DNA from: Stegostoma tigrinum
Taxonomy: Eukaryota
NCBI RefSeq assembly: GCF_030684315.1
Contig: NC_081397.1
Span: forward strand, 14,160,421-14,224,420
Length of the DNA: 64,000 nucleotides
Direction of reading: 5' to 3'
Part shown: positions 24,495 through 37,995 of the stretch, piece after piece
Layout of the letters: the number at the start of each line of letters is the position of its first letter
Numbering within the stretch: position 1 is the first letter of the stretch
The notes under the pieces: generated by a model
What the model saw: only the letters and a program-made list of their open reading frames with translations
Told to the model about the DNA's origin: nothing
Databases searched by the model: none
Made by a program: the position numbers and the translations under genes

Positions 24495-24787
24495 CTTTTG
24501 TGCTCCTGAGATGCTGCTTGGCCTGCTGTGTTCATCCAGCCTCACATTTTATTATCTTGGAATCTCCAGCATCTGCAGTTCCCATTATCTCTGATACTAC
24601 GTTAACTCTGGATTTTATTTTCTTCACTACTGCCAGACCTGCTGAGCTTTTTCAGCTACTTCTGGTCTTGTTCCTGATTTGTAGCATCAGCTGTTCTTTC
24701 CATGTTCTTCGGAGGCTCGTTCAGGCTCGAAAGGCCATTTCCTGCTGTGTCGAGATTCCATGAAAGTTCATCCCCGTCAATGTATCA

Positions 24788-25905
24788 ATGGGGCACCAAT
24801 GGAGAATGAGTTGCTGTTCCTGAAACCTATGGGTGGCATCACTATGGCATTGCAGGAGGCCCAGGTTGGACATGTCGTCTGAGGAATGGGAGTGGGAGGT
24901 AAAATTGTTCATGAGTGGGAGGTGAACTCTGACACTTCCACCATCTACAATCCGACCCCACCACAAGACATTTTTTCCATCCCCACTCTTATCTACCTTC
25001 CGGAGAGACCACTCTGTCTGCAACTCCCTTGTCCACTCCACACTCCCCTCCACCCCCACCACACCTGGCACTTTCACCTGCCACTGCAGGAAGTGCTCCA
25101 CTCGCACCCCCCCCCACCACCCCTCCTCCCTCAACCACATCCCAGGCCCCAAGATGATCCACATCTAGCAGATGTTCACCTGCACATCTGCCAATGTGTT
25201 ATTCTGTATCCACTGTACCCGTTGTGGCTCCCTCTACATTGGGGAAACCAAGTGGAGGCTTAGGGACAGCTTTGCAGAATACCTACACTCGGTTCGCTAT
25301 AAACAACTGCACCTCCCAGTCACGAATCATTTTAACTCACCCTCCCACTTCTCAGGCAAATGTCCCTCCTGGGCCTCCTGCAGTGCAATAATGATGCCAC
25401 TCGAAGGTTGCAGGAACAGCAACTCATGTTCTACTTGGGAACCCTGCAGCCTAGTGCTGTCGATTTCACCAGCTTCAAAATCTCCCCTCTCCCCACTGCA
25501 TCCCAAAACCAGTCCAGCTTGCCCCCACCCTGTCTCCGTAACCCTTTCTTCCTCTCACCTATCCCCTCCTCCCACCTCAAGCCACATCTCCATTTCTTAC
25601 CTACTGACCTTATCTTCCACCCCTTGACCTGTCCATCCTCCCCAGGCTGACCTATCCCCTCCCTAACTCCCCACCTATACTCGCTACTCCACCTATCTTC
25701 TCCTTCATCCATCTTCAGTCTGCCTCCCACTCTCTCCCTATTTATTTCAGAATTGCCTCCCCATCCTCCATTTGCTGATGAAGGGGCTAGGCCCGAAACA
25801 GGAGCACAAAAGCTGATAAGATGCTGCTTGGCCTGCTGTGTTCATCCAGCCCCACACTTTGTTATCTCAGATTCTCCAGCATCTGCAGTTCCCATTTTCT
25901 CTGAC
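24788..25905 (+). mobile_element. Older Neptune-type Penelope copy with a short inverted 5' piece (24788-24920)
   Basis: ORF 25172-25627 'CIHCTRCGSLYIGETKWRL'; pLTR hammerhead remnant at 25775-25800. Confidence 0.85.
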
Positions 25906-26959
25906 TTAAATAGAAGGTAATTCCTTTGTTTGCCAGGGGTGAAGCACATGGTCCATACCCCACTAAGGCTTGTCACCCTGGAAATGGAGTCAAAAAAAGC
26001 AACAGCAACTTGAGCAAATGTAAGTAGCTGAACAATGAGTTACTGGAGTTTATTATGTTCTCTCTCCCTTTTAGGTGTGACTCCACACTCCCATCACTGA
26101 TATTGACTATATATAATGGATCTCTGGGCAATTACAGGTGGTTTAGCTGAGCCAGTGATGCTCATAATCTGATGAACAAATTCAAACTGCTTTAACCTCT
26201 GTATTTATAATAAATGTAACATGCATGCAGGCTTCAGGGTTTTGATGATTAGGGTTGAATATGTTTTTAGTGCTGACGCCTGCTCACAAGCTACTGGAGG
26301 CATGAGTGGTTGACAGTAAATATGCCAGTTTCCCACATTTTGAACAAGTGGGTGAAGGTAAATTCAGCAATGTGCCTTGTTTTTAAGGAAGTGCTCTTTT
26401 CATATAATTGAGGCAGAGACAGATGTTCAATGTGAAATGATTGCCTTTTAAAACTGCTTGGAAAGAATGTGTGAATTGACAATATCTTGGCCACACACCT
26501 TCTCTTCACAAAAAGAAAAATCAGTTGTGAAACTGGAACCTGATCAGACGTTGCCGTTTTTGTTTTTGTTTCATGATATTTGAACACATACAATGTAGCT
26601 GCATTAACCAACACTGAACTGAAACCTCCAACTGGCCCATTATCACATCTTGTACAAAACTTCTTTCAGGGGGCACTGGGGTGGCTTTTTCAGCCTTTTG
26701 AAAATAAGGGTGTATCTTGTTTAACTTCTGTTTCAACATTTGTTGCTGATGGTATCCTTCGGAAAATTTGGCCAGTATATTGAGAACAGTAGTTGGGAGG
26801 ACAAGTTGCAGCTTTACAGGACATGGATTAGAACACTTGGAATAATGCATTCAATTCTGGTCTCTCTGCTACAGGAATTTAATCAGATTTATTGTGACAT
26901 GTTCCTAAATAGTGAATGGTTTTGTTGGCGAGCAGTATAGCCAGATCATAGTCAGTAAG

Positions 26960-28680
26960 CACATACAGGTCATAATGTGAAAAATGGAAATGATAAGGCA
27001 TACAAGTTACACTCCACAGGATGTATGCAGGCAAGATCAACACTTTTGAAATTTAAGTGTCCATTCGTCAGTCTAACAATGACAGGGAAGAATCTGTTCT
27101 TGAACCTGCTGGTGTGGGTGTTCGAGCTTCTGTATCTTCTGCCTGATGCAAGAGGTTGTAGGAGGGCACCACTGGGGTTGGATGGATTTTGATGTCTCAG
27201 GCTTTGCACAGCAATGAGAGCCCATGGTTGGGAAGTTGGGTGCCGTGACGGTGTGGGGTGTGAACACAACCTTCCATAGTTGCTCGTGGAACAGGACAGA
27301 GCAGGTTCCATATCAGGCCTTGATGAACCCAGACAGTATGCTTTCTATGGTGCATGAGTAACATGCCAAATACATGAGCAGCCTCAGGAAGACGAGGCCT
27401 TTTTGTGCCTTCATTACCATTGCATCTGTGTGGGAAGTCCCATGAAGGTTGTTGGTTATTGTAACTCTTGGGAAATTGACACTCTCAGCACCCTGCTCTG
27501 TTGATGGACCTGAGGGTGTGTTCTGCTCTTTTCCTTCTGAAGCCAATTATAAGTTCTTTTGATTTGTGAACATTCAGTTTTCTTTTTATCATTGCACCAC
27601 GTCACCAAACCCTCCATCTCCTTCCTGTCATCTGAATAATCATTATTTATTATCCATCCCATCATCGTGTTGTCAACAGCAAACTTATAGGTGGCATTCA
27701 TTCAGAATTTGACAACAATAGTGAGTATACAAGGAGTACAGTAGGGACCTGAGAATGCATTTTTGAGGGTTGCAGTGTTTGAATGTCCTCGCAGAGGAGA
27801 TTCAGTTGCCGATCTTCTCGATTTGTGGTCTGTGTTTCAGGAAGCTGAGGAGTCAGTTGCACAGGATGGAGCCAAGCCTGAGGTATTAGTTTTGAGATCC
27901 GTCTTGCAGGGATAATGGTGTTGAAGACTGAGCTGTAGTTGATGAGCAGAAGCCTGATTGTAGGTGGTCTTGTTGCCCAGATGTTCCATGGATGATTGCA
28001 GGGCTGGGAAAAGGGCATCTTGCTGTGGGCCTGTTGCATTAGTGGGAAAATTGCAAGGGATTGAGGCAGGCTGAAAGTCGAGAGTTCAAGTGGGCCATGA
28101 CCAGCATCTCTAAGCACTTCATGATTTTGGATGCCAGAGCTACTGGGCAGTACAGATGAAGTCATACTGCATGTGGTTTTTAGGACTGGGATAATGGTGG
28201 TCTTCTCAAGCAGGTGCAGAGTACAACTTGTCAGAGGGAGACATCAAAGATGTCAGAGTACCTCCCCACAGGAATTACATGCACAGTTGGTGCTTCAGTC
28301 CAGGTCAGTTACTTTCCTTGGGTGTTCTCACCAGGAAGACGGATCTGACAACTGCAGTGACCGATAGAACAGGTGCATTGAGGCCTGGCGGGGGAGTGGA
28401 CACCATGCTGCTGGCATTCTGTGTAAACCAAGCATAGACAGCATCAGGGTGGGAACTGTCTTTGTCCACTATCTTGCTTTGCTCAGTTTGGTTGGTTGGG
28501 GCCACTAAACTGTTCCAGTCCTGCCTCTTGGTATCTTTGATGGATTTGCTGAAGCCTTCTCCGCTGAATTTTCTGAAACAGCCCTGGTCGTCCCCTTTTG
28601 ATGCTGCACTCCTGGTCTGCCGTAGGGAATGGATTAGACAGTTCATCCAAGGTTTCAAGATGATGAACAGCCAGATTGAC
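26960..28680 (-). mobile_element. Rex1/Babar-like non-LTR retrotransposon, degenerate
   Basis: 'MKPWMN...SIKDTKR', 'IRLLLINYSSVFNTIIP', 'YKFAVDNTMMGWI..ND', 'Y.CTIESILSG.I.AWY' and 'SRFKNRFFP' follow the Rex1 ORF order. Confidence 0.78.
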
Positions 28681-28809
28681 TAGAAGCTTTTTTTTTTACT
28701 TTAAGCTTAAACATTCATAAAAGATTTGTAAGGGGCTCAGCTTCAGGGAGAAGCTGTACAGGCCAGGGCTACTTCTCCCAGGATAAAAGGTAGGCTGGTG
28801 GGTGGCCTT

Positions 28810-29015
28810 AATGTCTTTGAGGATTTCCTCTAGGTGCTCTGGTTTCCTCCATAGTCCAAAGATGTGCACTTTATGTGGCATGGCTATGCTATGGGCCCAG
28901 TGTGTCCAGAGAAAGACAGAGTGACAGGGATATGGAAGGGCACTTTGGGAGAGATGCTCTTCAGAGGGTCAGTCGGGCCTCGATGGGCCGAATGGCCTGC
29001 TTCCACACTGTGAGG
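28810..29015 (+). mobile_element. V-SINE (HE1-like) fragment with LINE-derived tail
   Basis: Core 'ggatttcctctaggtgctctggtttcctccatagtccaaagatgtgc'; tail 'gatgggccgaatggcctgcttccacactgt'. Confidence 0.7.
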
Positions 29016-29464
29016 ACTCGATAATACAAAAGGCAGGAAAATGAGCTGAACCGAGATTAATGCGCAGAGGGTCAGTGGCCGTTCATTATCAAAAGCAAAA
29101 GACCCTGCAACGTGCTGCCCCGGGTCACTTTCGCTTTCTCGAATGCGATGAAGGGAGATGTGAAATTGGCAGCGAACAACAAGCAGTGGGACTGGAAAAC
29201 GTATTTGCAAAACGATTATTCTGTTCTCCAATTATGTTATACATTGTAATTTTATAATAAGCTCATCATAACTTCTTCCTGCTCATCGGCTGCCAGCTCT
29301 GAACGGAAATATTACCGAAATCAGGAGCAGCAGGATGGATTTCATTTTCTATCGAACTGTGACAACTACAGGATCAATGAATGATGTGACTGAAATTTGA
29401 CGTTGCGAAGTCCCAGGCTCTGTATATTTAAAATTAAGTCAATCGAACAGAATCGAGGTCTGAG

Positions 29465-29503
29465 GCTCTTTCACTGATGTTGTGGGTGGCTCTTAAAAGA
29501 GCC
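29465..29503 (-). terminator. Histone stem-loop plus downstream element (H2A)
   Basis: Minus strand GGCTCTTTTAAGAGCC (29488-29503), then ACCCA and 'gaaagagc'. Confidence 0.93.
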
Positions 29504-29533
29504 TTTGGATTATCAGGTTACAAAACGGTCTCT

Positions 29534-30182
<649 letters not shown>

Positions 30183-30729
30183 CAACGAAAACTCGGACAT
30201 TTAACAGAATAGAATGCGTGAAGAAATTTACTTCAAGATTATGAATGTATATTTGACTTCATCTCCCTTTCCCGCATTCCCGAACCGAGTGGAATGTCCA
30301 TTTCTGACCTTGAATCGGATTTTCAAAACCTTAAATGCAAGCGGCAAAAAGGGCCCGAAATCTGCACTCTGCACCTGCATATTCATTTCACATTTCAAAA
30401 ACACCTCGATATGTTAATAAACCAATCGACAACTTTTTTTTTCCTGAAAGAGAGCATTAATCGTGCGCACCATCTTTAGACACTATTTTAAATTGCCTGT
30501 TCCGTCAAGACCCTTTACTTGTTGTTTCCTCGAAAGGTTTGACGTCCTTCTTCAAATCTCCAATATATCTAGGCCCAAACTATTCGAACATTCCTCAGAC
30601 ACCTGCCAGCGTGTCTCGGTATCAGTTTTACTCGGATTACCTCGGTCACAGACGAGCACTGATGTACTGTGACCAGTGCTTTTTGCTTTCTATTGATTTG
30701 ACAAATTTTACTCTCTCTCCCCCACTTAG

Positions 30730-31570
30730 GCTCTTCAATCAGTGTCACTATCAGTTTCTGCTGCAAGATATGAGTGTAGTTATCCATCTAGCCTGTCAAT
30801 ATGTCTGTTTAGTTATCCATTTATATTTCTCATTTTCTGCTCAGTGAGTGTGTGAGAGAGAGTGTGTATGTGTGTAGTTACCAATACATAGGTGTCAGAT
30901 ACTGCACTGTTGCTATGCATGTAGTTATCAAAGTGTACCTGTCAGTTCAAGCTGTATGACATTGGGAGGGTTATTACCAAGCTGTTCCTGTCAGTTTCTG
31001 CTTCATGGACACGTGAAGTTCATAATCAGTACGTACCTGTGAGAATCTGCTTCTGAAAATTGGAGTGTCGTTACATTGAACATTACAGCACAGTACAGGC
31101 CAGGCCCGTCGGCCCTCAATCGTATGCCAACCTGTCATACCAATCTGAAGTCCATCTAACCGACACTATTCCATGTACGTCCACATGCTAATCCAATGAC
31201 GACTTAAATGTACCTAAAGTTAGTGAATCTACTGCCATTATCACACTGCACCTAAAAAAAAGACTGTTAAGTCTGTGGATATTTAAATGCATTTATAAAA
31301 TTGGACCTGTGAAGTTATGCTGTGAAACTGGAGCGTTATCAACAATCCGTTCTTCTCTGTTGCTATGATGTGGATATGTAAGCATAGTTATCATTTGTGT
31401 ACGTGTAGTTTGGTGTGTGAGCATAAATATTAATTTGTACATATCAGTGAATTTGAGAATGGTTTTAGCAAATTTTTTTTCCCCATATATGAGAGTGTCA
31501 ACCTGTTTTTTGCCTGTTTCTACAGGGTGAATGATTAAGCAGAGATATCAACACATGCTTGTCAGTTTCT
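30730..31570 (+). repeat. Degenerate 49-bp satellite array
   Basis: 'gtagttatcaaagtgtacctgtcagttc' and 'ttattaccaagctgttcctgtcagtttctg' units. Confidence 0.7.
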
Positions 31571-31764
31571 ATTTGTCAACACGGCTGAACTTTGGCAGCC
31601 AGTAATATTCTGTGATGATGCAATTTGTTATGTGGTCGCTGTTATCAGAGTGATTTAATGGAGATTAGATTCAGTTTCTGAGTGTATATTTTGGACGAGT
31701 ATTCAGTCTGTCCATCTTCAAAAATGGTGTAAATGTCAATGGGCTGTGAATGCAGAAATGTGAC

Positions 31765-32590
31765 TTTGTTGACTTGGTCACTGAGCTGGCTTGTTTTTGT
31801 TCAGACGTTTTGCCACCATGCTAGGTGACATCATCAGTGGAGCCTCTGATGATGCAATGTTATTCTCCTCTGCTTGGAATTTGCACTGTCAGGTCTGTTA
31901 TGCTGAGTACTGTCATTTCAGTTTTGATCTGTATGGGTTTATACATGGGGTCCAATTCTATGTTTGTGTGGAGAACAATGTCTCTAGGAATTCCTGTACA
32001 TGTCTATGTTTGGCTTAGGCTGCTGTGGTTACTTTATCCAACAAAAATAAAAGGTGCTGGAAAAAGCTCAGGACAGGCAGCATCGGTGAAGGGAAAAACA
32101 GAGTTAGCCTTACATGTCCAGTAACCTTTCCTCAGAACCAGTTACTGCTGCGCTGCAGAGCTTTTCAAGCAAGTTTGTTTTTTTGTTCCTGATTTACAGC
32201 ATCCACAGTTCTTTGTTTTTAATACGGTTACTTTGTCCCATTTTAACTGATGGCCTTGGTTGTCTCAATGTATCATATTCAGACAATAAAGGCCATCAGG
32301 TTAACATGGGACAAAGTAACCATGGTAGCCCAAGCCAAACACAGACACACAGGAATTCCGAGAGGTATGGTTTTCCATGCATACTTCAAATCAACAAGAT
32401 TATAGAATCGGACCCCATATATGAAAACTCAGACAGATCAAAACCAGAAATGACAGTAGTCACCATAATGGACCATACAGTATAAATTCCACTGGGAGTG
32501 GAATAACATTGACTCATTGGAGGCTCCACTGATGATACCACCGAGCATGGTGATGAACTGTATGAAGAAAAGCAAGCCAGCTCAACATTA
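31765..32590. mobile_element. Fold-back Penelope (Poseidon-like) remnant with a nested family-B mini-element (32040-32222)
   Basis: 31765-32040 is an inverted homolog of 32300-32590; each arm has 'ccactgatgat..cacc.agcatggt' hammerhead remnants. Confidence 0.7.
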
Positions 32591-33229
32591 TCCACTATCC
32601 GAGCTGCAGATCTCGCAAAACACAATGCTGAAATTTGTTCGAACTGGGCAGATGTGCATCGTGAATGGTGGAAAAAAAACAAGACTTCTATTTCCTCTGT
32701 GTTGTTGGAACAAATCTCACTGGAAATTGACCTCAATATGTGTCTGACTCAATCTGCTCTGTGACTGTGGAAAGGATGCTCTCTGCTCTGACAGCGGTAA
32801 CATACCTTCCGTTTGTTAGAAGCAGCTGGTCACACTTGGCTTTGTACCGAGGGAATATTACTTTCTCTTAGTCCCTCACGTATTTGCCTGGAGGAAGACT
32901 GAAGAAAACCCTCCTGTAAATCAACATCAGCCAAGTTCAATGATATTTCATTGATCAATGCAATGTTCAGTTAATAATCATTACAATATTTAATTTCAAG
33001 CCAGGAATCTGAACAGAATTAGGTGTTTGATTCCACTCTTGCTCTGAGCTGCTTCTTTGTCTTGTGATTTTTCTTTTTGTTAGTTCCATACCAATTGAGT
33101 GAAGTCCAGGAACAAACTAAGTGTCCAGGTCCATGAATGGGAGTACACAATGTGAGTGGGTCTGTGGATATGAGTTTATTTGTTGATCTATTCATGTCTC
33201 ACACATTGGTGAGCCTTTGTTAAATTACT

Positions 33230-34180
33230 TATGTATTCACACAGCAGAGACTGACGGGGACCTGTGAGATTCTGCCCTGTGTTTATTTGAGAAGTTATCA
33301 AATTGGACTTGACTGTGACTTTTTTCCCCCTTTGTGAATATGAGAATGCCGTTGTAAGTCTTTACCTGATTGTTTGTGTTGTGGGAATGTTCGTGTCAGT
33401 GTCTGCAAGGTGAGTATACTTATCCATCTGTGCCAGTCGTTTTCTGCTATCTGAATGGAAGAGAGCAGGCTTCAGACTTCGCTTCTCAGTTTCTGCTATG
33501 TCAACACGTGAGCTTGGTTTTTCATCTTTACCAGTCAGTTCCGAGCTTTGCATGTGTGGGTGCAGTTGTTAGCGTAACCTTGAATGGAATAGTGTAGGTT
33601 AGATGGGCTCGAGATCGGTATGACAGATCGGCACAACCGAGGGCCAAAGGGCCTGTACTGTGCTGTAACGTTCTATGTTCTATGTTTTGTCAGTAACTAC
33701 CACGCGAATGTCCGAGTCCATTTACCGGTCAGTCCCTGTCAGTTTCATCTCTGTGTGTCTGAGTGTGCAGTTATAAATCTGTAACTGGTAGTCTCTGTTA
33801 CATGACTATTTCTGGACATTTAATCAATCGTTCCCTATCAGCCAGTGAGTGTGCTGTGAATGTGCTTAGCAATTTGGATTTGCCAGTCCTGGTATTGAAA
33901 TATAAATAATTTCTCCTTGTCAGTTTCTGCTCGGTGTGTTAATGAGTGGAGTTAGAAATCTGTACCTATAATGTTTATACCACATGAATAAGAGTACAGA
34001 TGTCAATCTTTCTCTGTCTGTTTCTGCTCTGTGAATATCGAAGTATAGTTATCAATCTGTACATGCCAGCTGCTGCTTTGTGAATCTCCGAGTTTAGTTA
34101 TCAGCCCAAGCCTGTCGGTTTCTGCTTTAAGAACGTAGGAGTGCAGTTATCAGCCTGTACCTGTCAGTTATTGCTCCATG
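33230..34180 (+). repeat. 49-bp satellite array
   Basis: 'agttatca' at 34047, 34096 and 34145, an exact 49-bp period. Confidence 0.8.
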
Positions 34181-35309
34181 CATTTGTTTTGTGCAATGGA
34201 TTGTGTGATGTAAAAGCAAAAGGTTTTGTAACTCCAACAGAGCAGAGTCTAACTGACAGAAATTGTATCAAGCGCCGTTCTTCAAGGTGACATCAGCTTT
34301 TCTGAGTACACAGGAACATAGTTTTGTGAATAATGCTGAGGGAATAGATTGATGTGGCATTCCTTTCTCTGAGTCTAAAGGAAAAGGGCAATGAACAAAT
34401 CAACTGTATTCAGCTGAATGACCACGAGGTTCCTTCTACAGGGAAGGGTATCGGCTAATTCATTAATTCATTAATTATACTACCATGGATATTACAGAAC
34501 CCTGCTCTGTTGTGCGATGGCACATGGCATCAGCAATACTCTTACAATGCGCTGTCGTGGGGATGAAGAAAGAAAAATGACTTGTATTTTCTGTCTTACA
34601 GTGGAGAAGATTTAAACTTATTGAATATGGTTGAACTTTGTGAGAAAGTAAAATTTGACAATTACAAGATTTAGTTAAATGGATCATTCTTCATTGCTTT
34701 AAATGATGATTACATCACTAACGTGAAGAAACAGCATTCTGTTTTCTTGCGTGTTTCTGGAATATTTCATTGGGAGGGGCAAGTGACACTGCAGAAAACT
34801 GTTTAACTTAGTTGCCAAATTCACTTCAATGCTTCACCCCAACCCAAAAAAAAAGAAATTTTACAAGACAGACGGAAAATATGGTTTCTGTTCCTGAAGG
34901 TGAACACATTGAGAATCACGTTGTGATAAGGTTGGGGTTGGCAAATCGTATACTGCCATGACACACTTATTGAAATGGAATGCTGGCTGAATGGGATCAG
35001 AATTGTCAGGTGCTTGTTTTTGTCTACTATCAACCCCATGGGCTGAAAGGTATTTTTTTCTGTCCTGTAGACTCTCTTGCTTTTCTTAAAACAGAGCTGT
35101 AAACATTTTTTATGTATTTGCTTCTGTTCCCTGCAGTGTGTATGACAACAATGTATACTCAGTCTTTGTATGTTATGTGTTGATACAATGAGCATATTTG
35201 GGACTCAGTCAGCAGCTTTGTCTATGTGTCTGCATGTGCTCAGTAGCGATTTGCTACTTGTCAGACGTAGTTGTTCAAACTATGTAACATGATGTCTTCC
35301 TTTGAGGGG

Positions 35310-37090
35310 GTAACAAGGTGTAGAGCTGGATGAACACAGCAGGTCAGGCAGCAGAGGAGCAGGACAGCTGACATTTTTGGACCGAACCCTTTTGTCAGAA
35401 ATGGGGGAAGAGAAAGGGACTCTGCAATAAATAGAGAGAAGTGAGGAGATGATGACAAAAGTTGGATAAAGGACCAGATAGGTGGAGAGAAGATGGCCAG
35501 TCAAGGAGGCAGGGCTGGAGCCAGTAACGGTAAGTGTAGGGAGGGAGGTCAGATGTGGGTTGAGGGAAGGCTGATAGGTCAAGGAGGCAGGGCTAAGGTT
35601 AGTAGGCCGAAGTGCCGGTGGGGGTTGATCAGTGAGGTGGGAGAAGCAGATTGATTGGAGATAAGATGGACAGGTCAAGGAGGCAGGGACATGCTGGGTG
35701 GGTTTGGGGTGGAGAGATTTTGAAGCCCTTGTTGAGAACATTGTGCTGCAGGGCTCCCAAGTGAAATATAAGCTGCTGCTCGTGCAGCCTTCCGGTGGCA
35801 ACGTTGTGGCACTGGAGGCAGCCTGGGATGGACATGTCATCCAAGGAGTGGGAGGGGGTGTTGAAGTGGTTCATGACTGGGGAGGTGCAGTCATTTGTCA
35901 CAATGTGAGCGTAGGTGTTCAACAAAGTGGTTTCCAAGCCTCCGCTTGGTTTCCCTAATGTCGAGGGGGCCACATCAGGAACAGTGGACACAACAAAATG
36001 TATTACTGGACATACAGATGAACATCTGTTTAACATGGAAGGTTTTCTTGGGACCTGGGATGGGGATAAGGGGAGAGATATTGGGGCAGGTGTAGCACTT
36101 CCTGTGGTTCCAGTGAACTGTGCCAGGGGTGGTAGGGCTATGGGGGGTGTGGAGTGGACGAGGGAGTCAGAGAGAGCAGTCTCTCTGGAAGGTTGATAGG
36201 GTTGCGGAGGGAAAAATGTCCTTGGGAGTGGGGTGAGATTGAAGGTGGCAGAAGTGGCGGAGGAAGATGCGTTGAATCCTGAGTTTGATGGAGTGATACG
36301 TGCTGACAAAGGAGATTCTGTCTTTGCTCTCATTTGTGCAACTTGTCCCTTAGACACCCTCTTCACAATAACAACAATGAGGTCAAGGGCATATTCAGCC
36401 ACTGTGGAGTGGAAATGGCAGTCCTTGAAAAACAAGGACATCTGCAATGACCGGGATTGGAATGCCTCATCTCGGGAGCAGATGAAACAGAGGAAGGAAT
36501 TGGGAATAGGGGACGGCATTCTTGCAGGAAGGTAGGGGAGGGGAGGAGTATTCTAGGTAGCTGTGGCAGTCGGTTGGCTTGAATTAGTTACCAGTTTCCA
36601 GAAATGCAAACAAACAGCTGTCCAGGAAGGAGAGAGATGTATTTAAGATGGTCCAGGTGAAGTTAAACTTGGGGTGGAAGATGTTAGTAAAGTGGATGAA
36701 CTGTGAGTTCCTTGTGGGGGTACGAGGTGGCACCGATACAGTCATCGAAATAACGGAGGAAGAGGTGGGGGTGGGGCCAGTGTAGCTGCAGAAGAGGGGC
36801 TGGTCCACGTATCCTACAAGAGGCAGGAATAGCTTGGGCCCATGTGGGTACCCGTGGCCATCCAATTTGACTGCAGAAAGTGGGAGCGTGAGAGACAGTG
36901 TGCGTCAACGGGGCAGTCGGGTTTGTGGATTTTAGGGATAAGGCAAAAACAGTTAACATGGCGTTGGGGAAAGATGAGGTCAGAGGCTGTTGGCAGGAGA
37001 GTACCTGAGGTGCTGAGGTTGTGGATGGTCTGGGAGTTGATATTGTTTTGGCGATTGGGGCAGGGTCATGATCAAAGGGGTGGTAGGAGG
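35310..37090 (-). mobile_element. Degenerate Neptune-type Penelope element including the RT core
   Basis: RT motif 'LFLRYFDDCIG', 'FIHFTNIFHPKFNFTW', GIY-YIG region homologous to the 21731 element, pLTR at 35310-35400. Confidence 0.85.
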
Positions 37091-37995
37091 AGTCTCTCTA
37101 TCCGGTTTGAGATATTATAAAATACCTTTCCTAAATGCAAACTTGATTCAGTTCCTGTTGTCAGTACTTTCAACAAGGAGTCAGCTGTTAACATTTCAAA
37201 CATGATGTGAATGTTAATGGGCTACAAGTGATATTAATTGGAACGAGCATGATGTCAATTGACAATGAAAACAAAAAAAAATAAACTTGCCTTTCCTCAG
37301 TTGTGCTTGTTAGTTGTTTCCATGGACAAGTCTCTGGAAATTGAGCTCAAAACAAGTCTGATCCAATCCACTCTGACTCTGGAAAAGATATTCTCCATTC
37401 TGATCGCAGGAACATGCCTGGTGTTAGTTAGAAGCAACTGCTCACACTTGGCTTTGTAACAAGGAAATATTGTTTCTTCGAGTACTTTCCTGGAGGAAGA
37501 CAGAAGAGTTATCTCCTGTAAATCAACATCAGCCAAATTTGACAATATCAATCAGATTAACATATATTCAGTGAACAGTTATTAGGGTGTTTCGTTTCTT
37601 GAACTTCACCTCCCAAAGCAACAGAACTCCAAAATAAACCTGTTGGACCACAGCATAGAATTCTCTTGACACAGTCTTTTCTTTAAAGGGCATCAATTCA
37701 AACACAAGTCTGATTCCATTCTTACATCGAGCTGCTCCTTGTCTGAGGAATTTTTTTTCAAATATGTAATTCGATAGCAACGGAGTGAGATTCAGAAACT
37801 GAGCAATAATTGCACAGCTCCATCTGAGGTGCGACCTGAAGATGCTACACTGTTGACACAGCTCATGTTACCAGATCCCAACACACTGTTGAAAAGAACA
37901 GCAGCTGCTGTTTCAAATGTGTTTCCCCCCCCCCCCCGAGACGTATAATCTGTTAACTCCAATCTGCGTCCTTTATAGGAAGCCCCACAACTGGC

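Larger units (their letters stand above)
21731..24598. mobile_element. Penelope-like (Neptune-type) retroelement as a ~2.85-kb fold-back of two inverted 5'-truncated copies
   Basis: ORFs 22047-22907(-) and 23145-24509(+) encode the RT thumb end 'FLDLSV..KPTDSHSYL', a Cys linker 'PCNRRKCYTC' and GIY-YIG 'VVYCIHCTRCGSLYIGETKRRLGDRFAEH'; 32-nt central spacer at 23127-23158. Confidence 0.93.

Noticed and set aside
23145-24509. 454-aa ORF as an intact or domesticated gene
   Set aside because: It starts at the inversion junction, lacks the RT catalytic core and reads into the Pro/Ser-rich UTR through a frameshift
31611-31682. C/D box snoRNA-like GTGATGA...CTGA, ~70 nt
   Set aside because: No terminal stem, and the C box is absent from the paralogous stretch at ~3310-3395
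33900-34180. CRISPR-like regularly spaced repeats
   Set aside because: Eukaryotic context, whole 49-bp unit degenerate rather than repeat plus unique spacer, no cas genes
37297-37551. Short ORFs across the repeated module as a protein-coding gene or transposase
   Set aside because: Frames are not preserved among copies and no recognisable domain is present
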